This document shows, piece after piece, positions 13,665 through 24,540 of a DNA stretch of 64,000 nt (its first letter is position 1; every line of letters starts with the position of its first letter). Made by a program: the position numbers and the translations under genes. The notes under the pieces are model-generated. The model had not been told where the DNA came from. It did no database searches and saw only the letters and a program-made list of their open reading frames with translations. This DNA comes from Amoebophrya sp. A120 (taxonomy: Eukaryota > Protista > Dinoflagellata): assembly GCA_905178155.1 (NCBI GenBank), contig CAJINV010000005.1:8533591-8597590 (forward strand). Direction: 5' to 3'.

Positions 13665-14087
13665 CCACCCTTGCCACCCAAAGGGGGGTCGTGGAACAAG
13701 ATATAGGGAGGATATTCTCGCTGATAGAGATTTTCATCTTCACTGCTGCTTTTCAACATCCGGGAGCCATTTTATCAAATGCAAACAATTTCTGTATACT
13801 GCTCCTGTAAGGAGGCAGCAGCATCCGCTAGAGTGCAGGATGCGCGATGAACGCGACACAAGGCTCGTGGCCCGTCGCCGACATTGAGAGACCGTTTTAT
13901 GATCAATCAACACGACGCTAGTACTAGTAGCGAAGACGCATTGATGCTGCCATCAGGAACATTGGAATAAGAGCCCGCTGGTGCGCTCTAAGTTAGTCGC
14001 ACCCCCCAGCTGGACGGCCCAGGCACCTCTAGGATCTTGTTCACCTCTTGCGATGTTCGTCCAAATTACGAATACAGAGGGTTGCTT
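13665..14087. repeat. Dispersed ~420-bp repeat, copy 2
   Basis: Direct-orientation copy of 4195-4620. Confidence 0.8.
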
Positions 14088-14759
14088 GACCACCACAACT
14101 CGTTTTAGACAGGGATTTATTTCGTTTTGATGTTTTGACTACTAAAGAACGACCTGGCTGGCTATAATTCTTGTCGTTAGAGACGAGCTTCTTCGATATT
14201 TACAGTTGGACCGCTTCTTGTAGTTCTACTTACGGTAGTTAGACCGCTCGACAACCATAGGATTTTTATGTTTTTTACTCGGGAAGAAAAAACTTTTTGT
14301 TGGCTTGAGCAAGAAGGTTTAGTCACGATCAAGCCGTTTTGCTATCGAGGTGTGCGTAGTTGTTGTCTAAGTGGCAACTTGTAAGATGTTGACTATTTTC
14401 ATCGCTTTGGCCCCCTACAACTGCAAACACTTCTAGGGTGGACGAACAAGAAGTGGACCTTGATGATGATTTGTTTTGTTTGTCAATTGTTTTGTTTATA
14501 TGCCAAGTGTTTTGCGTTTGTTGCCGATCATCGTAAACAGGAAGTGCCCTGATTGTTTTGTTTACCAAACGGAAATAGCACGCGAAGCCCGCGCGTCCCC
14601 ATGCGCATTGATTAACTTGATGAGCCTCGAATTTTTTTCGGACGGTTTAGATGTTGTGGATTGTGTGAGAGTAAGTACAAGAACGCCTAGCTCTACTTGT
14701 ACTATCAAAATCAGCTTATCACACGAGGACCTTCACCAGCACGAGAAAGTTGGATGGAA

Positions 14760-15616
14760 ACCGGCCTAGAATTTTTCCGAAACCGGCCAAGAATTTTTTT
14801 CGTCTTCGAGCCACCTGCGCCCGCTTCCCACCCGTCCTCAGCCGTAAAAACAGTAATTTTTCATTTTTTCCGGGCAATTTGCAAGGTGGAAGGCTGGCCA
14901 TTTTTTCGAAATCGGCCTAAGTTTTTTTTTCGTCTTCACACCCACCTGCGCCCGCTACCCACCCGTCCTCAGCCGTAAAAGCAGTAATTTTTCATTCTTC
15001 CCGGGCAATTTGCAAGGGGGGACGCTGGCCATTTTTCCAAAATTGGCCTAAGTTTTTTTTTCGTTTTAGACCCACCTGCGCCCGCTACCCACCCGCCCTC
15101 AGCCGTAAAAGCAGTAATTTTTCATTTTTTCCGGGCAATTTGCCAGGAGGAAGGCTGGCCATTTTTCCAAAATTGGCCTAAGTTTTTTTTTCGTCTTACC
15201 CATCTGCGCCCGCTACCCACCCGTCCTCAGCCGTAAAAGTAGTAACTTTTCATTTTTTCCGGGCAATTTTCAAGGGGGGACGCTGACTTTTCCAAAATTG
15301 GCCTAAGTTTTTTTTTCTTCTTGCCCACCTGCGCCCGCTACCCACCTGTCCTCAGCCGTAAAAGCAGTAATTTTTCATTTTTTCCGGGAAATTTGCAAGG
15401 CTGGCCATTTTTCCTAAATTGGCCTAAGTTGTTTTTTCGTCTTACCCACCTGCGCCCGCTACCCACCCGTCCTCAGCCGTAAAAACAATATTTTATTTTT
15501 CATTTTTTCCGGGCAATTTGCAGGGGGGAAGGCTGGCCATTTTTTCGAAACTGGCCTAAGTTTTTTTTTCGTCTTACCCACCTGCGCCCGCTACCCACCC
15601 GTCCTCAGCCGTAAAA
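14760..15616. repeat. ~120-132-bp tandem satellite, left part (~7 units), interrupted by the YR retrotransposon
   Basis: Unit core cccacctgcgcccgctacccacccgtcctcagccgtaaaagcagtaatttttcatttttt. Confidence 0.92.
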
Positions 15617-16189
15617 TCGTAAAACTAGATCTCTGTGTTGAAATTTTACTGAGAGAGAGTGATCGACGAGCGCGCTAAGGGCACAGACGTTGATGGCAGT
15701 AGAGTCTTTGACTCACGTTTCGATTTTAGCTGCCCAGTTCACAACGAGGTGGATAGCGACACCTCCCTCTGAGCTGAACAGTCTTCCCAGGTCCAGACCT
15801 GTTGGCGAGTTCTTTTCCTCTACACTCAGTCGTGTTCCAGAGGCAGTCTTTGACCTGGCGGTGATAGTTCTCGCCAGACAGGTCTTTAGTTCTGTTTGGT
15901 TTGAGCGCGCTAAGGAGCGGAGGCGCGAGTTCTCGTGCGACAAAATTCTCACCCGCAGCTTCATTCGTGAAGCTCTTTCCGCTCGGACTAAGGGTCACAG
16001 CGCATTTGCGAGTTTGAGATCGAGAGATCAGTAAAATCGTAAAACTAGATCTCTGTGTTGAAATTTTACTGAGAGAGAGTGATCGACGAGCGCGCTAAGG
16101 GCACAGACGTTGATGGCAGTAGAGTCTTTGACTCACATTTCGATTTTCCCACCCATTCGATCTTTCAGATCCCTCCCTTTTTCAACAAG

Positions 16190-17671
16190 ATGTCTTGGGT
16201 TGACGCTGCTCTCGCTGCCCCGCAGCAGTATGCTCACCAGGCGGGGATGTCAGCAGTCATCCAGTCCCGTCCGAATACGCACAAGATTCTGATGAAACAA
16301 AAGTCCTCATCAGCATCATCTCGGCAACGGAGTGCGTCCGATTTTCAAGCCAGATCGACTCCGTACGATTCCTTCCAACGCCCACGAGCAGCATCATCGG
16401 ATGAAGCATTCGCCGCAGCAGTTGCAGCTTGCAGCGACGCAGAACTACTCAAGGACGACTTCTTCCCACCAGATCCATACAACTCTAGTCCGAAAAAACC
16501 AGCAACATTCCCAGCAGGGTTTTTCACCGAGATGGCGCCTCACCCGAAGATGTTACGACTCTTCCGTGACGCTATGGATCCAGCGAAAACCAAGAAGTCC
16601 TCCCAGAAGTCACAAGCTCTCGCTCTTGCATCAAACTACCCGCGACTCGCAGCAGCGAAAGAGAAGATCACTGCACGTCCTGCGAACCTCACGGAAGACG
16701 CAAGACTGAAGTGCTACTTCCAAATTTGTCATGCAGCTGGACAGCACCCCAAGTCCTCCCACCTTCTCAAGCCGTGGCCCATTACGCGGGACCACGCTCT
16801 GACATTTTTCACCGCGCTTGTCGGCGACACCCCGACAAAGTCGTTTTACACGACGGCGGATGATTATTTATGGTCTGTTATTGCCAGGCTTGAGGCAATT
16901 CCGGGGGGGAGCACCTTGGGGAAGGCGGGCAAGACTTTCATTTCGCAGACGGTCGCACGCCAGAAGCGGGCCGGTATGTTCCAGCATACCCAGCCACCAG
17001 CAGTGCAGTTGGAAGAAGTTCTCGAGCTCGTTAACCTCGAGCACAACAAGAAATACCAATTCGCAGCTGCGTGCGCAATTGGTTTTTTGTTCGGGCTACG
17101 AAAGTCGACTCTGGTCAACAAAATTAGTTTCGGCCTGGAAGACGAATTTCTGCTGCACCACTCCCACTACGACCTCGACGATTCCCCATCCGATGTGGAG
17201 GACGGTGGCTCCATCGAGGAACAGATGCAGACTCACCACATCGCCTCACGACATAACAACACCTACCACAAGTTTTCCGGCGACTTCTCGTATAACGAGG
17301 CGGCCGAGGTCTTTTGTCTAAATTTAGACAAACACGTTTTGAAGTCGAACTTCATACGCAAGGTGTACGTGTGCTGCCTGTGCAGAAATGAAGACTCGTG
17401 TACACTGTGTCCACACAATTTATTGCCTCTGTTGGACGACAACTCCACAGATTGGCGGTCTAATTTCGTGACCGATTTCAAAGCGTTTTTCGGCACTGCC
17501 AGGACGCAGAGTTTGCGCATAGGGTGTCTACAACACCTTATGCGGTGTAAAGTCTCCAGTAGCCGCGTAGGCTGTCACTTACGCTGGCAAACGGCAAGTA
17601 TGATCGAGTACTACAACAGAGGAAACAAGTACGCCTTCAACAAATTTGCTGGTGTTAGTTTCATTCCTTGA
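16190..17671 (+). CDS. Tyrosine recombinase of the YR retrotransposon
   Basis: GFLFGLRKS (catalytic R), TQSLRIG (HxxR box with H replaced by Q), HLRWQTASMIEYY (RW...Y). First ATG at 16190 within ORF 16079-17671. Confidence 0.85.
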   Translation: MSWVDAALAAPQQYAHQAGMSAVIQSRPNTHKILMKQKSSSASSRQRSASDFQARSTPYDSFQRPRAASSDEAFAAAVAACSDAELLKDDFFPPDPYNSSPKKPATFPAGFFTEMAPHPKMLRLFRDAMDPAKTKKSSQKSQALALASNYPRLAAAKEKITARPANLTEDARLKCYFQICHAAGQHPKSSHLLKPWPITRDHALTFFTALVGDTPTKSFYTTADDYLWSVIARLEAIPGGSTLGKAGKTFISQTVARQKRAGMFQHTQPPAVQLEEVLELVNLEHNKKYQFAAACAIGFLFGLRKSTLVNKISFGLEDEFLLHHSHYDLDDSPSDVEDGGSIEEQMQTHHIASRHNNTYHKFSGDFSYNEAAEVFCLNLDKHVLKSNFIRKVYVCCLCRNEDSCTLCPHNLLPLLDDNSTDWRSNFVTDFKAFFGTARTQSLRIGCLQHLMRCKVSSSRVGCHLRWQTASMIEYYNRGNKYAFNKFAGVSFIP

Positions 17672-17785
17672 ACGATCATGGAAAAAGTCTCTTGCTACAT
17701 ATTTCGCTCTCATCTGGCCGCGTGCATAGTTTCACGCCGTGTTCCACCAGAAGTCTTGAGAGAGTCTTCCTGACAAAAAGTCAGA

Positions 17786-20191
17786 GTGCCCGATAGTTTC
17801 GAGCGAGTTTTCAAAGCCGACACTCACATATCAAATTTCTCGAGCGAACCCGGCGAAGTTCAGTCACAAAAGAGGGCAAGCGCCTTCCTTCATGAGAGTT
17901 TTTCTTTTCACGCTGTCATGTGCCAACTTCCACACACTATTAGACAAGCTAATCAAGGATTATTCATCATGATGAACGACGGTGCTTTCGCCGCTCTCGG
18001 CGCGATGGCCGGCCCGGGCGCAGGAGTGCTCGGCGGCAACGTCCCGCTGCCCATCATTCCGCCGGGACACGTGATCCCCGTCGTCCACCCGAAAGTCGGT
18101 GTGGCGAATCCCAAAGTCGGAAAAGCCAACCAGAAAGCGGCCGCCCCGAAGCCGCGCGGCCTGTTCCCGCATGGACCGAAAGCTCCGGCGGCACCGCCAG
18201 TCGCCCCCGTCGTGCACGGGCCGAAAGCCCCGGCTGCAGTCCCAGCTCCCCCAGTTTTCCCGGGTTCAGGTGACCCGGCAGGAGCAGGAGCAGGAGGTGG
18301 ACATGTCTCTCCAAAAGCGAAAGCAGCTGCCCCAGCAGGTGCACCGCCAGCAGGTGGACCGGTGGGTCCAGTCGCCCCGCCAGTCGTCCCGATCGCACCG
18401 ATCGCTCCGCCGGCAGCACCGGTCGCACCAGTCGCTCCAGTAGTGGCACCACCAGCCGCACCCCCGATCGCAGTTGCGCCGGCCCCAGCTCCGGTTGCCC
18501 CAGCGGCACCAGCGGTACCGGCACCAGCGGCACCGGCACCAGTTTTTCCGGCGATCCCCGCGGTCCCAGTGGCACCCGTAGTCGGCCCGCCAGTGGCGCC
18601 ACCAGTCGCCCCAGTCGCACCACCATTTGCACCGATGGCAGCACCAGCTGCTGGTCCAGCTCCGGCCCCGGGTGCGCCGCCATTTTTCGCACCGGGAGGT
18701 GTTGCGGGCGCACCGGCAGCGCCAGCACCCGCAGGTGGAGCGGCAGCTCCGGCCCCGGCAGGTGGCGCGGCAGCACCACCAGCGGCAGTACCAATAGGTG
18801 CACCATTCTTCCCACCGGGCATGCCACAATTTGACCCAGCCTGGTTGCAGATGCACGGTAACCTCTACTTCCAACAGCTGATGAGCCAGAACATGTACAT
18901 GCAGCAGCAGAGCCAGTACATGCAGCACATGATGCAAAATCAGGCTGCCCTGCATCAAGGGTTCGCCGGCTTCGCAGACGCGTACGGCAACGCAAACCCG
19001 GGCAGGGATGATCCGTTCCATCCGGATGCGCCAGTTACCGAAAATGAAACCCGTGCTTTTGCGTGCGCCAACGACGAGATCCCGAAGTCCGACAGGATCG
19101 CGCTGGATTCACACCGGACGATCAACACGTTGACTCGCGACCGCGCGATCCACACCGCCGTGAGCGCCGGGGTGAAATACACGCACCGTAGTCAGGTGCA
19201 AGTAAAGGACACGAAAGCCCTGAAGAACACGTACCCGCCCAAACCAACCACTTTGTTGCGGTGCCTCGCCGTCGGCGGGAAAGTTGACCCCGTCTTCGCC
19301 TCCGCGGAAGAAGCAAACAAAGTAGTTGTGTTCTACGAGGATTTGTGCAAGGCGAAACCAGAACAAGCGAAAGTGGAAGATTGGGAAGCACTAGTGTCGG
19401 ACAAGTTCTACGAAGTGCTCGCTACGTCCTGCGATTCGCTCGCGCCCGACCGCGAGACGCTGCACAACGGCCAGTTAGTGGACACAACTTATCAAGAACG
19501 GATCCGCTACTTCTTCGTCGCACCGGAGTCCGACGTGAACGGCTTCAAATGCAAGCTGAGCACGCTCATCCAGATTACCCACCAGATGGGCGCCACGTTC
19601 AACAACACGAACATGCAGAACATCATGGGCATCAGTACTCCATTCGCCGGCGGCGTCAACACGTCCAACCGCGAACGAACCCCCAGGCGCACAGGGGATT
19701 CTTCTACCACCAACAACCAGCAGTCGGGGGATAAGTTTGTCTTGTGTTGGCACTTTTGTAAGTGTACTCCGTGTTCGAATGACACGTGGTATCGCGATGA
19801 CGGTAGCATCGTTTGCTCTGCGGGATTGCATCCGATGTTGAAGTCCGAGATGTCCAAAGGCCAGTTCAAACGCGTAAAACGCACCCAGATGGGTCGCGTG
19901 GGTCTGAAGGACACCGGCTACTTCTCGTGGGTCGACGATGCTACCGGCGAGTACAAGGGAGACAGTCTGAAAAAGTATTTCCCCGACCGCGGTTCCGCTT
20001 CATCAAAGAAGGGGAAGGGCAAGAAAGGGAAACAGTCTTCTTCTTCTTCCAAGTCCAATGTCCAGCAAGAAGTGTCTTCTTCCAGCAGTGAGGAGGAGGA
20101 AGATGAAAAGGAGAAAAAGAAGAAGAAGTCGAAGTCCATGAAAACTACCCCGGCCACGGGAACAGCCGCTTCCAGCAGTGCTGGGCCGTAG
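17786..20191 (+). CDS. Gag-like ORF of the YR retrotransposon (Pro/Ala-rich, Gln/Met-rich, Cys/His motif, Lys/Ser/Glu tail)
   Basis: 801-aa ORF inside the element; CCCH-like motif CWHFCKCTPC...C...H; the gag assignment is positional; the true start is probably an ATG near 17918-17970. Confidence 0.65.
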   Translation: MPDSFERVFKADTHISNFSSEPGEVQSQKRASAFLHESFSFHAVMCQLPHTIRQANQGLFIMMNDGAFAALGAMAGPGAGVLGGNVPLPIIPPGHVIPVVHPKVGVANPKVGKANQKAAAPKPRGLFPHGPKAPAAPPVAPVVHGPKAPAAVPAPPVFPGSGDPAGAGAGGGHVSPKAKAAAPAGAPPAGGPVGPVAPPVVPIAPIAPPAAPVAPVAPVVAPPAAPPIAVAPAPAPVAPAAPAVPAPAAPAPVFPAIPAVPVAPVVGPPVAPPVAPVAPPFAPMAAPAAGPAPAPGAPPFFAPGGVAGAPAAPAPAGGAAAPAPAGGAAAPPAAVPIGAPFFPPGMPQFDPAWLQMHGNLYFQQLMSQNMYMQQQSQYMQHMMQNQAALHQGFAGFADAYGNANPGRDDPFHPDAPVTENETRAFACANDEIPKSDRIALDSHRTINTLTRDRAIHTAVSAGVKYTHRSQVQVKDTKALKNTYPPKPTTLLRCLAVGGKVDPVFASAEEANKVVVFYEDLCKAKPEQAKVEDWEALVSDKFYEVLATSCDSLAPDRETLHNGQLVDTTYQERIRYFFVAPESDVNGFKCKLSTLIQITHQMGATFNNTNMQNIMGISTPFAGGVNTSNRERTPRRTGDSSTTNNQQSGDKFVLCWHFCKCTPCSNDTWYRDDGSIVCSAGLHPMLKSEMSKGQFKRVKRTQMGRVGLKDTGYFSWVDDATGEYKGDSLKKYFPDRGSASSKKGKGKKGKQSSSSSKSNVQQEVSSSSSEEEEDEKEKKKKKSKSMKTTPATGTAASSSAGP

Positions 20192-20670
20192 TCGTCTCAT
20201 CAATCAGTACACAGTATTTTTTGTCCGCAGGACACAAAAGTTTTTGTCAAATCAAGTATTCATTTATCAATAGATTTCAGTTTGATTTTCCATCTATGGA
20301 TTGTTTGTCAAAAAACGCACCATCAACTACCCACCTGTTTAGAATTTGTTTTTATGCCAAGAATAATCAAAAAATGTCTATCATCCCACTTTCTTCTCTG
20401 GAAGCAGAGTCATACTTCTTCCCTATGCACAGGGTCGTAGTTTCTTCTCCGGCCGCGGAGTCGTATTTTCTTCTCTGCATGCAGAGTCGTATTTCCCTTC
20501 TGGAAACAGAACACTCTCGCTGAAGTTTCAGCCATTCTTGTTGCAAAGCAACATTGCATCGCCCGTACATTGAATAAATTTCCACGTTTTCCATGAAAAA
20601 AAATGAAAAATTAAAAAACATCAACGCCGGAGTTACGCCGATCCGCCGGAGTGTCTCTTCGTCTTCCTGA

Positions 20671-23181
20671 GTGCGACGAGAAAGTTCACGCACAGTCTTT
20701 CAGGAGAGATTCTTCGAGAGACATTTTGCGTCGTTGTTGTTGCTGGTGTCGTCATTCTTTGTCCCACCAGACAGCATGAAGCGTTTTTCGGACTATCTGT
20801 GCCCTGCACGGCACTCACAAGATGACGTGTTTCTCCCCCAGTCCGAGTCTGAGGCTACTCCCCAGGAAGAGGCCGACTACAGGAAGAAGTGGGAGCAGAT
20901 GGTGCAGCGGGTCGAGCAGGATTTACGGAAAAAGTCCCCGTTTGAGCCGATCTCAAACGACTTCCGCTGCGTCGACACAGGGAAGTTATTCTCCACCGAC
21001 GTGATTGCCGAAATCGACAAGATGAACGCTGCGTCGGCTGCCCGCGACATCGCTCGCAAAAAGCAGATGTGCAGCGAAATCCACGCTTTTCACGGCAAGT
21101 ACAACGTCGGTTTTCTGGCTACTGCGATGGAAGCAGCAGGCGCGGAGGACCAAGAGTGCGTTGACGAGGTATTAGTACAGGGCGGCACATGCATAGGTGA
21201 CTGCATGGCGCCCAGTTGTTGGGGACCGCCTTCCTCCAGGAGGAAGCCGTGGTTCGTCACGACAGAACCTCCGTTCAACCTGGACCAGTACAAGACCGGG
21301 ACCCCGCCCCCCGACTGGCCAGAGGCGCACATAAGAGAGATTTTTGCGCAGACCCAGGAGGAAGTCAACGTCGAGCCCCTCCTCGGTCATCCACGGATCC
21401 GCCCCGGTATCACCTACCGACAGGCGAAGAAGGCGAAGTGGAAGCATGTCTGGAGGCGGTTTTGTGTTGAACAAAAAACGAAGATCCGCATGATCGACCC
21501 CGCCTGTGCATGCAACGCCCGCAGTGACCTGTCGAAGGGCGTCCCGATGGGGTCGGCGCAGGAGATCCTGGGGTCGTGTGCAGTCCTGAAGGACCCCAGC
21601 CTCCGCGACCAGAACTTCGTTTCCTTCACCAAGCGGATTGTGAAGAAAGGTCGCTCCCTCGAGAAGGAATACGAGGACGCCTTTGTGCAGTTCATCGAAG
21701 ATGGTACGCCAATCCCTTCGCACCTGAAGAAGCCTTCCAAGGAGTACCATGCAGCCGCTGACGCGAACGTCACTGCCGCCGGGGAACCAGATCCCAAGCG
21801 GCACAAGATGTTTCCGGCCACGTTGCTCCAGCTTCTCATGCTTGTGATAGATGTACATAAAGCTTACAATACGATTGCGGTGCGTCCGTCTCATCGGAAG
21901 TTCAATCGGTTTTGTGTGTACGATTTACAGCAGTCGAAGTACATGTTTTACGAGGCCCTCACCCTTATTTTCGGTAATGTACATTCAGTTGTGTGTTGGG
22001 TTCGTATTTCTATGGCCATAAAAGCTGTCATTGTGTTTTTTGTGCAGATTATGCTCAGCGTTTATGTAGACGACTTCGCCTCTCCTGTGCCCGAGTCTGT
22101 CGGTGAGAAGGCCAAAGAAGCTGTTTTACATGTTTTTCGGACACTTGTGTTTAGTGTGCATCCAAACAAAGTTAAACTTGCACCTATCACAGAGGTTTTA
22201 GGTCTGATTTTCGACCTCGCGGTCGAGGTGCCGGAGTTTTATGTTTCTGTCCAGCGCCAAGAGTCTATCTCCATCATCATCTCCAAGGCTATCGAGGCGT
22301 CGCACCTGGCAGGGGACGTTGCTGAGACATTACACGGAAAAGTAATGCTCTGCTTATCATCCTTGGTCGACAGACGTTACAGCCCGCTCCTCAAGCCCCT
22401 GGCACAGTACGTGCACCACCCCACCCAGCACGGGAAGCCACTGTCTCCCAAGCTGGTCCAGTGTTTGGAGAACGTGCGGACTATTCTCGCGGCTGGCATC
22501 CGCAAGCGAGCACAGTTCGAGGTCCCCACAGCGGACAATGTCATGTTGTACACGGACGCCTCGTACAGTCACGGCTCCGGTTGGCTTTCTGCGATTCTCG
22601 CGATCGGTACATCACTGTTTGCCAGAAGGATCCGGGTCGAGGAAGCGGACCTTCCCGACACCATCCCGAAGTCGCATCCGATTTCCTACCTGGAAGTCGT
22701 GGCGCCGGTGCTCGCGGTGAACGAGTTCAAGTCCAAGTTGCAAGAGAAGTCGCATTTTCGGCTCAGCGTCGACAACGACAGCGCTAAGTGCGCCCTGCTG
22801 AACCAGAACTCCCCTCTGCAGCACATGGCGACGCAGGCGCTGTTCTTCTGGTCGTTGTGCAGTACGTTCTGTCTGTCCCCGTGGGTCGACCGAGTCCCCA
22901 CCGGGTTCAATCCAGCAGATGTTCCGACGCGTTCGCGGTTTTTGTATTTCGTTGTGAACAACTTCCCAGGCGCGTTCCAAGAACTTTCCGCCTTCTCGGA
23001 AGAGACATCGAAGTTGTTGCATCCGGCTCTCCACATGTCAAGTCCAGATCTTTTCGGGGTGTTGCCAGGAGTAACTCTCGACCATTATTTTGACGCTAGT
23101 ACATGGTGCAAAAAGTCAGACAAGTTTTTGAAAGATGATGATGTTTCCATGGTAGATCACGTGTTAGAGTTGTCTCAGTAG
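20671..23181 (+). CDS. Reverse transcriptase-RNase H of DIRS/Ngaro type
   Basis: RT: KIRMID, IDVHKAY, LIFG, YVDDF, EVLGLIFD. RNase H: LYTDAS, ISYLE, VDNDSA, RVPTGFNPADVPTR. Confidence 0.93.
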   Translation: MRRESSRTVFQERFFERHFASLLLLVSSFFVPPDSMKRFSDYLCPARHSQDDVFLPQSESEATPQEEADYRKKWEQMVQRVEQDLRKKSPFEPISNDFRCVDTGKLFSTDVIAEIDKMNAASAARDIARKKQMCSEIHAFHGKYNVGFLATAMEAAGAEDQECVDEVLVQGGTCIGDCMAPSCWGPPSSRRKPWFVTTEPPFNLDQYKTGTPPPDWPEAHIREIFAQTQEEVNVEPLLGHPRIRPGITYRQAKKAKWKHVWRRFCVEQKTKIRMIDPACACNARSDLSKGVPMGSAQEILGSCAVLKDPSLRDQNFVSFTKRIVKKGRSLEKEYEDAFVQFIEDGTPIPSHLKKPSKEYHAAADANVTAAGEPDPKRHKMFPATLLQLLMLVIDVHKAYNTIAVRPSHRKFNRFCVYDLQQSKYMFYEALTLIFGNVHSVVCWVRISMAIKAVIVFFVQIMLSVYVDDFASPVPESVGEKAKEAVLHVFRTLVFSVHPNKVKLAPITEVLGLIFDLAVEVPEFYVSVQRQESISIIISKAIEASHLAGDVAETLHGKVMLCLSSLVDRRYSPLLKPLAQYVHHPTQHGKPLSPKLVQCLENVRTILAAGIRKRAQFEVPTADNVMLYTDASYSHGSGWLSAILAIGTSLFARRIRVEEADLPDTIPKSHPISYLEVVAPVLAVNEFKSKLQEKSHFRLSVDNDSAKCALLNQNSPLQHMATQALFFWSLCSTFCLSPWVDRVPTGFNPADVPTRSRFLYFVVNNFPGAFQELSAFSEETSKLLHPALHMSSPDLFGVLPGVTLDHYFDASTWCKKSDKFLKDDDVSMVDHVLELSQ

Positions 23182-23483
23182 TTTCATACATTCTTTTTTC
23201 GCTCGATTATTCTGCCGCACGGCTGAGTGCCACATTCTTGTGCGTTGCGCTGTTCGACCTAGGCTATCGGTTCGCTCCGCGATACCATACATAGCCTTTG
23301 GATACATTCGGGTCTCCTGTGTATCGGTTGATGAGTTCTCGTCTTCCGAGCGCGCTTTATGCCCAGGAGCTGTCGGCACGAGTTCTCGTGCGACAAAATT
23401 CTCACCCGCAGCTTCATTCGTGAAGCTCTTTCCGCTCGGACTAAGGGTCACAGCGCATTTGCGAGTTTGAGATCGAGAGATCA

Positions 23484-23790
23484 GTAAAAGCAGTAATTTT
23501 TCATTTTTTCCGGGAAATTTGCAAGGGGGAAGGCTAGCCATTTTTCCAAAATTGGCCTAAGTTTTTTTTTCGTCTTACCCATCTGCGCCCGCTACCCACC
23601 CGTCCTCAGCCGTAAAAACAGTAATTTTTCATTTTTTCCGGGCAATTTGCAAGGGGAACGCTGGCCATTTTCCCAAAATTGGCCTAAGTTTTCTTTTCGT
23701 CTTGCCCACCTGCGCCCGCTACCCACCCGTCCTCAGCCGTAAAAACAGCAAGTTTTAATTTTTTCCGAGCAATTCGCTGGCAATTTTTCC
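23484..23790. repeat. ~127-bp tandem satellite, right part (~2.5 units)
   Basis: Continues the 14760-15616 array: gtaaaa|gcagtaatttttcatttttt. Confidence 0.9.
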
Positions 23791-24540
23791 GAAATCGGTT
23801 CTAATCGAGAACATCAGGAAAAAATAAAGAGCAGTGAAGATGACGAAGGCAAGCGCAAACCCAAGTTTGAAGCAGGAGCAGCTTGTTTTGACTGAGTCAC
23901 GACCTTTGCTAGACAAGTGTCGGATGAACAACTACGAAGAAGATCATTAAGTGCGTGTGCCTGTGATCCAAAATGGATTCGGTTTACCGATCATTGGTCT
24001 CTATAAATCTTCATCCAAATAAATCACAAGACGATCTGGATCTGAGGTGGATCTTGAAAATAAAAGTGATTTCAATTTCACGGTGCAACCGAATTGGAAG
24101 TTGGTACACATCAAGAAGATCACGTCTGAGTAAAATATCCTGATCCTCATCGAGAGTTCATGGGAAGTTAGTACAAAATATCACCAAATTGATTCCATCT
24201 GGCAACCCGAGCACGTCTTGGTCCTGTTGTAATGGATTGCAATCGACGTCGGACTCGGAGCAGCTACGTGTAAAACAAAAACGACACAGTGACAGTCTTA
24301 TTGTGACGGTACAGCAGGTAGCTACTTTTGACACGGTATTTTGATAGAATTACTTTCAAACTTAAACTTTCTTTTTCCCATGGATGCGAGCGCAATTATG
24401 ATTTAAGCCCAAAACTTGACAAATTTTCATTTTGAAAAGCGCTTGAACATTTATATTTATTTCAGGAACGAGCAGAAACAAAGCGGAGCAGCTACTTGTA
24501 GATACTTCTTCCCGAAAAGTGGATTTGCTCAACACAAACA

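Larger units (their letters stand above)
15611..23489 (+). mobile_element. Tyrosine-recombinase retrotransposon (DIRS order, Ngaro/PAT-like split direct repeats), apparently intact; structure A1-B1A2-YR-gag-RT/RH-B2
   Basis: A1 15611-15727 matches A2 16031-16147 (1 mismatch). B1 15926-16036 matches B2 23379-23489. Three long intact ORFs. The flanking satellite resumes in register after GTAAAA. Confidence 0.93.

Noticed and set aside
17953-19021. Antisense Gly/Ala-rich ORFs
   Set aside because: Shadows of the GC-rich Pro/Ala gag-like ORF.
20671-23181. Prokaryotic retron, DGR or group II intron RT
   Set aside because: The RT is fused to a DIRS-type RNase H and accompanied by a YR and split direct repeats.
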